Assembly: GCA_963696525.1 (NCBI GenBank)
Contig: CAVOKO010000012.1
Coordinates: 1,024,275 to 1,056,274, forward strand
DNA: 32,000 nt
Direction: 5' to 3'
Origin: an uncultured Acidobacteriota bacterium
GTDB taxonomy: Bacteria; Acidobacteriota; Terriglobia; Terriglobales; Acidobacteriaceae
A program made the translations under genes and the position numbers. Below are positions 27,120 to 32,000 of this stretch, one piece after another; within the stretch, counting starts at the first letter, position 1; the number at the start of each line of letters is the position of its first letter. The notes under the pieces were generated by a model, which worked only from the letters and a program-made list of their open reading frames with translations, did not search any database and was not told where the DNA came from.

Positions 27120-28900
27120 TTGAGGTCTACTGAACTGAAAATGTCTACGCGATCCGATCCAATAGCTGATGAGGGCCAGCGGTTGGAAGGAGATGCCGCA
27201 CTCTTGCGGCTGGCTGCGATTGCCGACGAATTTGGCGCGGAGCACACCTCCGGCGATGCTCGCTCCGTCGCCGAGCGGGTTGCGGAAGGCCGCTTCTATG
27301 TCGCTTGTGTTGGTCAGTTCAAGCGTGGCAAATCGACCCTGATCAACGCCTTGATTGGGGCTTCAGTTCTTCCCGCGGGCGTCGTGCCGGTCACCACCGT
27401 GCCAACCGTCATTCGCCACGGCGATCACCGCCAGGCGCGAATACGCTTTCAAGCCAAGGGCTGGTCCGCTGTCCCGCTGGACAAGCTGGATGAGTACGTC
27501 TCCGAAGACAAGAACCCGGAGAATGCGAAAGCGGTAGCTGGGGTGGAAGTCTTTTTCCCAGTCCCCTGCTCGCGACAGGCATGTGCTTTGTCGATACGCC
27601 TGGGCTCGGCTCGGTGTTCGCCGGCAATACGGCCGCCACGAACGATTTTATCCCGCACATCGATGCCGCGATGATTGTCATCGGCGCTGATCCACCTATT
27701 TCCGGCGACGAGCTTGCCATTGTCGAAACTGTCGCGAAGCAGGTCAGCAACTTGCTGTTCGTGCTCAACAAGGCAGACCGGGTGAATGCGCACGAACTGG
27801 CGACCGCAACTGCCTTTGCGCGTCGCGTGCTTGAAAAGCGGTTGAACCGGCCGGTTCCGATGATCTTCGAAACCTGCGCGACGGAACAAATCGAAAACCA
27901 CGGTTCCGGACGCGACTGGCACAAGCTGGTTGCAACGCTGCAAGCGCTGGTTGATGACTCCGGAAGCAACCTGGTGCGCGAGTCGGCACAGCGCGCTTTG
28001 ACGCGCACCGCCGAGCAACTGCTTCGGATCATTGCCGAAGAACGTCAAGCATTGCGCCGTCCGGTCGAGGAGTCAGAGCGCCGGATAGCCCAGTTGCGCG
28101 AGACTCTGGTGCAAGCCGAGACATCCATGCGCGAGCTTGGCTATCTTTTCACAGCCGAACAGCACCATCTTTCGGACATGTTTGGCGACCGTCGGCGAGA
28201 GTTCCTGGCAAAAGTGCAACCGGAGGCACGGCAAGAGCTCGACAAGGTGTTCCACGGCCTGCCGCGCAAGAGTGGACCTACATTCCGTCGTGAGCTGATG
28301 CACACCGCCCAACAGATGGCAAAGGAGCGGCTGCTGCCGTGGCTTGAGCGCGAAGAGCGTGATGCAGAGCGAGCTTACAGGGCTGTGGCTCAGCGCTTCG
28401 TTGAGTTCGCCAATGAGTTTCTCAACCGATTGGCCGCGACTGGCGTCCCGGAACTGGCGCAGCTTCCGCGCGCACTAGATCCCGAAAAAGGGTTCAGAGC
28501 GCGTTCCGAGTTCCACTTCAACCTACTTGAGCGCATCGCGGCGCCGGCGTCGCCTTTTCGCCTGATCGCCGACTTTGTGCTGGGTGCGGTAGGAGCATGC
28601 GGCCCGTTCCAACACGACGCGCAGCAGTTTCTGAGTCAGTTGCTCGAATGGAATAGCGCACGGGTTCGCAGTGATGTGGATAACCGGGTACTGGAAAGCC
28701 GGCACTGGCTGGAGACCGAAATTCGCATCCTCTTGCGGGAAGTTGCGGCAGTAGCGGAACGCGCACTGAACCATGCACGCAAACTGCAAGCGGAAGGCGC
28801 CGCGGCCGTAGACAATGCCTTGGCACGTCTGGATGCGCTTGAGACCGAAATCAGGTCCCTTAATAAAATGTGTGCCGAGAACCCCGATGATACCGACTGA
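27120..28900 (+). CDS. Dynamin-like GTPase, interrupted by a single-base frameshift near 27,560 (track ORFs 27120..27674 and 27581..28900)
   Basis: G1 GQFKRGKSTLINALIG, G2 TTVPT, G3 DTPGLGS (second frame), G4 NKAD, then about 350 aa helical stalk-like region. Confidence 0.85.
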
Positions 28901-28998
28901 CACAACACCGATATCCAAAGCAGCTACGGCAACGGCAGCACTGGATTCGGACCCGAGCCTGTGTCGCGGGAGCTAATGTCCGTATCAGTTGACCCACT

Positions 28999-29655
28999 TC
29001 ATGACCTGGCCACTACACGCTTGGGCAGGTAGGAGAGGCTATAGTTTGGGTCAAGGTGGCTCTTCTCATAGATTGAGACCATATTCTGTCGCATTTTCGC
29101 GCCTACCTTTTCAAATAGGCTGTTTCCGCGAGTGTCGATTCCGACGATCAAAGGTCCGAAGTCCTTCATGCGAAGTATCCAGGTCGCTTCCGGCAGTCCG
29201 AGGTCGGTCCAGTGGACGCCCACCACCTCTTCGATTTTGCCGGCATACAACGCGGCGCAGCCTCCGGTGGAATTAAGAAAGCAGGAGCCAACCTCTTTCA
29301 TTGTTTCAACTGCTTTTGTCATCATCGTGCCTTTACCGATGGTGCACCGTATTTGCAATCGCTCGATAAGTTCGGACCCCAAGTAAGTGAACCTGGAGCT
29401 TGTGGTTGGACCCGCCGATATTGCTTCCCATTTACCTTGTGGAGTTTTTCTCACGATCGGGGCGCAATGCCATAGTGCACCGTTACGGAGATCGAAGGGA
29501 AGCGTCTCGCCACGTGCCAGCATGTCAACTGCCCGACGGTGGCCCATGTCACGCATCGTATAGATTAGGCCTGAAAGATAGACAATGTCCTCGCAAGTGA
29601 GTTGTCGGATCTGTTCTTCGGTAACCGGGAGTTGAAGATGGTATTCTCTTGTCAT
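28999..29655 (-). CDS. Class I fumarate hydratase, beta/C-terminal subunit (or L(+)-tartrate dehydratase beta)
   Basis: 218 aa; GDIVYLSG-like (CEDIVYLSGLIYTMRDMGHRR), AGPTTSSRF, IGKGTMM, GGCAALYA, FGPLIVGIDTRGNSLFE. Confidence 0.93.
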   Translation of the reverse strand: MTREYHLQLPVTEEQIRQLTCEDIVYLSGLIYTMRDMGHRRAVDMLARGETLPFDLRNGALWHCAPIVRKTPQGKWEAISAGPTTSSRFTYLGSELIERLQIRCTIGKGTMMTKAVETMKEVGSCFLNSTGGCAALYAGKIEEVVGVHWTDLGLPEATWILRMKDFGPLIVGIDTRGNSLFEKVGAKMRQNMVSIYEKSHLDPNYSLSYLPKRVVARS

Positions 29656-30599
29656 TGCGCGGAACCCCTTTCCGGATGCGTCAGGTACTCTACCCGCCCG
29701 TCGTTATAGATGCGTGCTTTGGAGTATCGACATGCCCAACACTGAAACATGATCGAGACCGGAACCACTGCTGTATGCGAGCCGCTTAATACGGCATGTA
29801 CCCCCAAAGCGTAGGTTTTGCCGCCAAAGCCCATAGGGCCTAATTCCATGGCATTGACGGCCTCGAATATTTCGGCCTCCAACGCCGCGACTACCGGGTC
29901 CACGTTCCTGGTCCCGATGGGCGTGCGGAACAAGGCCTTTTTGGCCAGTGCCATTGATGAATCGGCAAATCCGCCTATGCCGATACCGAGGATGACCGGA
30001 GGACAAGGTTCGCCCATGGCGTCTTCGACGACGTCAAGCACGGCCTTGACAGTGGCGCGGCCAATATCTTCGCTGGTTAGAACCCAGCACTGAGCCGCCC
30101 GCATTTCGGAACCGAATCCCTTGGGGACAGCCATGAGGTCCAGGTAATCCGCACTGGGCATCATGTCCCAGTGAACGTAGGGAATTCCCCATCCGGTATT
30201 CGTGCCGGAATTTTCCTTGGTCAGAGGGTTAATCACATTCTGGCGCAGCGGCACGTCTTTGGTAGCTCTTTCCAGAGCCCGGGCCATGGCCGCCTGAGGA
30301 TTGCCCTCCATACGGCAATTGAGGCCAACATCGGCGTATACCATAGGGACGCCGGTGTCCTGGCACAAACTAATCTGTTTTTCGTTGGCGATGCGACAAT
30401 TGTCGAGAATGGACATTAGCTGCCCTTTGGCGGTCGCACTTTCTTCCCGGGCATAACCAGCCTTCAGCGCGTTCTGCACATCAAGCGGCAGCGAGATTGA
30501 AGCTTTCCGCATCAACTCGAATAATGTCTCTTCGATCAGTACTTCACTGATTGCCACGGCCAATCCCTCCTTAGCTTCTGAGCCAGCCCAACAAACCAC
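29652..30599 (-). CDS. Class I fumarate hydratase, alpha/N-terminal subunit (or L(+)-tartrate dehydratase alpha)
   Basis: QISLCQDTGVPMVYADVG, NSGTNTGWGIPYVHW, PKGFGSEMRA, GIGIGGFADSSMALAKKAL, LGPMGFGGKTYALGVH. 4-bp overlap with the beta subunit; true start may be internal (VAISEVLIEETL). Confidence 0.93.
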   Translation of the reverse strand: MVCWAGSEAKEGLAVAISEVLIEETLFELMRKASISLPLDVQNALKAGYAREESATAKGQLMSILDNCRIANEKQISLCQDTGVPMVYADVGLNCRMEGNPQAAMARALERATKDVPLRQNVINPLTKENSGTNTGWGIPYVHWDMMPSADYLDLMAVPKGFGSEMRAAQCWVLTSEDIGRATVKAVLDVVEDAMGEPCPPVILGIGIGGFADSSMALAKKALFRTPIGTRNVDPVVAALEAEIFEAVNAMELGPMGFGGKTYALGVHAVLSGSHTAVVPVSIMFQCWACRYSKARIYNDGRVEYLTHPERGSAQ

Positions 30600-30952
30600 G
30601 CACTGTGAGTTGTCTATTGATGTCCGCTAATCGAGGTTACCAGCGGGATATTCTTTTGGATATGCCTTCTGGCAGTTCTGTGCATTTCCGCAGTCACTTG
30701 CTCCGCCTACCCTAATTATAGCGGCGAGACGCTCGTCCGCCTGAAGGCTTCCAGTCGGATGTGCCGCCCTTCGAGGCTCCGGTGAAAGCGCCTTCGACGT
30801 AGCCGAACTATTTAATTCGCAAAAGGCTGTCTTCCAGGGACGCGCAATTGATGGCCACGAAGGGACGATGGCGTTGCCTTTGGTAGCCATTGTGCAAGCT
30901 CTGCGCGATCAACTCCTGGCCGGTTCCGCTTTCCTAAACCATAAAGACCAAA

Positions 30953-31339
30953 TCAGGACTGGAGTACTTTCCGTACGATTGCGATGAGTTGGCCGGGGCT
31001 GCAAGGTTTCATCACGGTAGCATGGGCGCCCAAGAGTTCCGCTGCGCGCAGCATGTTACCGCCAAAAGCCCCGGAAATGGCTATGATTTTCATATTTGGC
31101 TGCTGCTTCCGGATGCTCTGTATCACCTCGATGCCATCCCGGTCCGGCATAACTAGATCGGTCAAGAGCAAGTCAAACGACTGAGCTTGCGCCATTCGAA
31201 GAGCTTTGACGCCGTCTTGCGCTGTCGAGACCGCATAGCCCGCGTCCGTTAAGACATTCGAGAACAGGGCCAGAATCGCTTCATCGTCGTCCACAGCCAA
31301 GACTTTGCCACGCGAGGCCCCCGGCTGGATCGAGTTCAT
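30953..31339 (-). CDS. Single-domain response regulator (CheY-like receiver)
   Basis: KVLAVDDDEAILALFSNVLTDAGY...FDLLLTDLVMPDRDGIEVIQSIR...KIIAISGAFGG...GAHATVMKPCSPGQL. Confidence 0.93.
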   Translation of the reverse strand: MNSIQPGASRGKVLAVDDDEAILALFSNVLTDAGYAVSTAQDGVKALRMAQAQSFDLLLTDLVMPDRDGIEVIQSIRKQQPNMKIIAISGAFGGNMLRAAELLGAHATVMKPCSPGQLIAIVRKVLQS

Positions 31340-31856
31340 TTTTTATTTCTCCTCTGCTGATGACGCCTGAGTTTCTCGGTGCTTTCGGAAGGTCCCTAAA
31401 GCACTTTTTCTTTTTCACTCATGCGTCACTGTTTCAAAAAATGCAACCAACCGCATGGCTGTGGCTCAGTTCCATTGCTGGCTGCACAACCGCGAAACTT
31501 GTGGTTCCAAACCAAAGTAGATTTACCGTGACTCATCCGTTTGCCGGCGAACCCGACGCTTTGATCCCGGCTCCATGCCATTTCTATCGGCACGCTCCAC
31601 GGCGACTTCAACCCGCAAAGTTGAAAAAGCGAGTGGTGCAACTGAACTCTTCTTCTGGCACTGCCGATATAAAAGAGTCGACCATATTCTGTTGTGAGAT
31701 CACGTTGGGTACGGCCCCTCTGGAACCGCGACTCAGGTAAATCGCGTATATCGCGGCGTCAGCTCAGCAGCTACTCTGATCTGGAGCTGGCAAAGCTACG
31801 CGCCCAAAATAGTTGATGGCTGACTATGGTAAGACGGGCAGGGCATTACTAATCCA

Positions 31857-32000
31857 ATGAGACCGGAAACCGTGGGACCAACTATTCAAATCGCCAGCGA
31901 AGGCGACACCGGTTCGCCCGCCGGTGGCACCTTCGACACGTACCCTGAGGCGGAAGTGCGGGCACCCGCTGGAAGCCGCCGCCTGGATTCCATTCGATTC
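31857..32000 (+). CDS. Start of a hypothetical protein running off the right edge
   Basis: ATG at 31857 followed by 48 open codons (MRPETVGPTIQIASEGDTGSPAGGTFDTYPEAEVRAPAGSRRLDSIRF). Confidence 0.3.
   Translation, partial: MRPETVGPTIQIASEGDTGSPAGGTFDTYPEAEVRAPAGSRRLDSIRF

Noticed and set aside
26332-28900. AAA ATPase plus dynamin-like pair as a defence island
   Set aside because: No nuclease, methylase, CBASS/TIR or transposon context nearby; kept only as an uncharacterised pair.
31360-31740. 126-aa plus-strand ORF
   Set aside because: Composition is not protein-like and there is no RBS or motif; could not be supported as a gene.
1-32000. CRISPR arrays, tRNA, rRNA, prophage modules
   Set aside because: No regularly spaced repeats, cloverleaf-type tRNA sequences, rRNA cores or phage structural genes recognised by eye; a tRNAscan/Infernal run would be needed for certainty.

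Overview
32 kb bacterial chromosomal window, probably Acidobacteriota. This placement is inferred from NHL-repeat/choice-of-anchor surface protein style, recurrent TGTCATCCCGAG-type intergenic palindromes and gene content; it is not proven. The most notable content is a divergent locus at about 13.3-17.5 kb. On the minus strand is a gene pair with the diagnostic features of mercury methylation genes: HgcA (corrinoid protein with the NVWCAAGK cap-helix motif plus C-terminal membrane helices) and HgcB (2x[4Fe-4S] ferredoxin with CMECGAC and a Cys-rich tail). It sits head-to-head with a plus-strand arsenic operon (arsR, ACR3-type efflux, arsC). The 112-bp shared intergenic region holds a good sigma70-like promoter towards hgcA and an imperfect palindrome ACATATATGT-CAAC-ACGTATATGT that overlaps its -35, a candidate ArsR operator. 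RraA-family and MFS transporter genes follow hgcB on the same strand. Other content: coaE (partial) and folD; a Tat-signal FAA-hydrolase-fold protein plus a DCC-family protein; an NHL-repeat surface protein and a beta-barrel outer membrane protein; a transporter, an orphan HyuA-like protein and an HExxH protein; a complete chemosensory cluster (cheY-like, GAF-like, cheD, cheA, mcp, cheW, cheR, cheB); an AAA-type ATPase followed by a dynamin-like GTPase; two-subunit class I fumarate hydratase; and a stand-alone receiver protein. Several genes in 22.0-27.6 kb (mcp, cheW, GTPase) carry single-base frameshifts, likely assembly/sequencing errors or recent decay. No rRNA, tRNA or CRISPR array was recognised.
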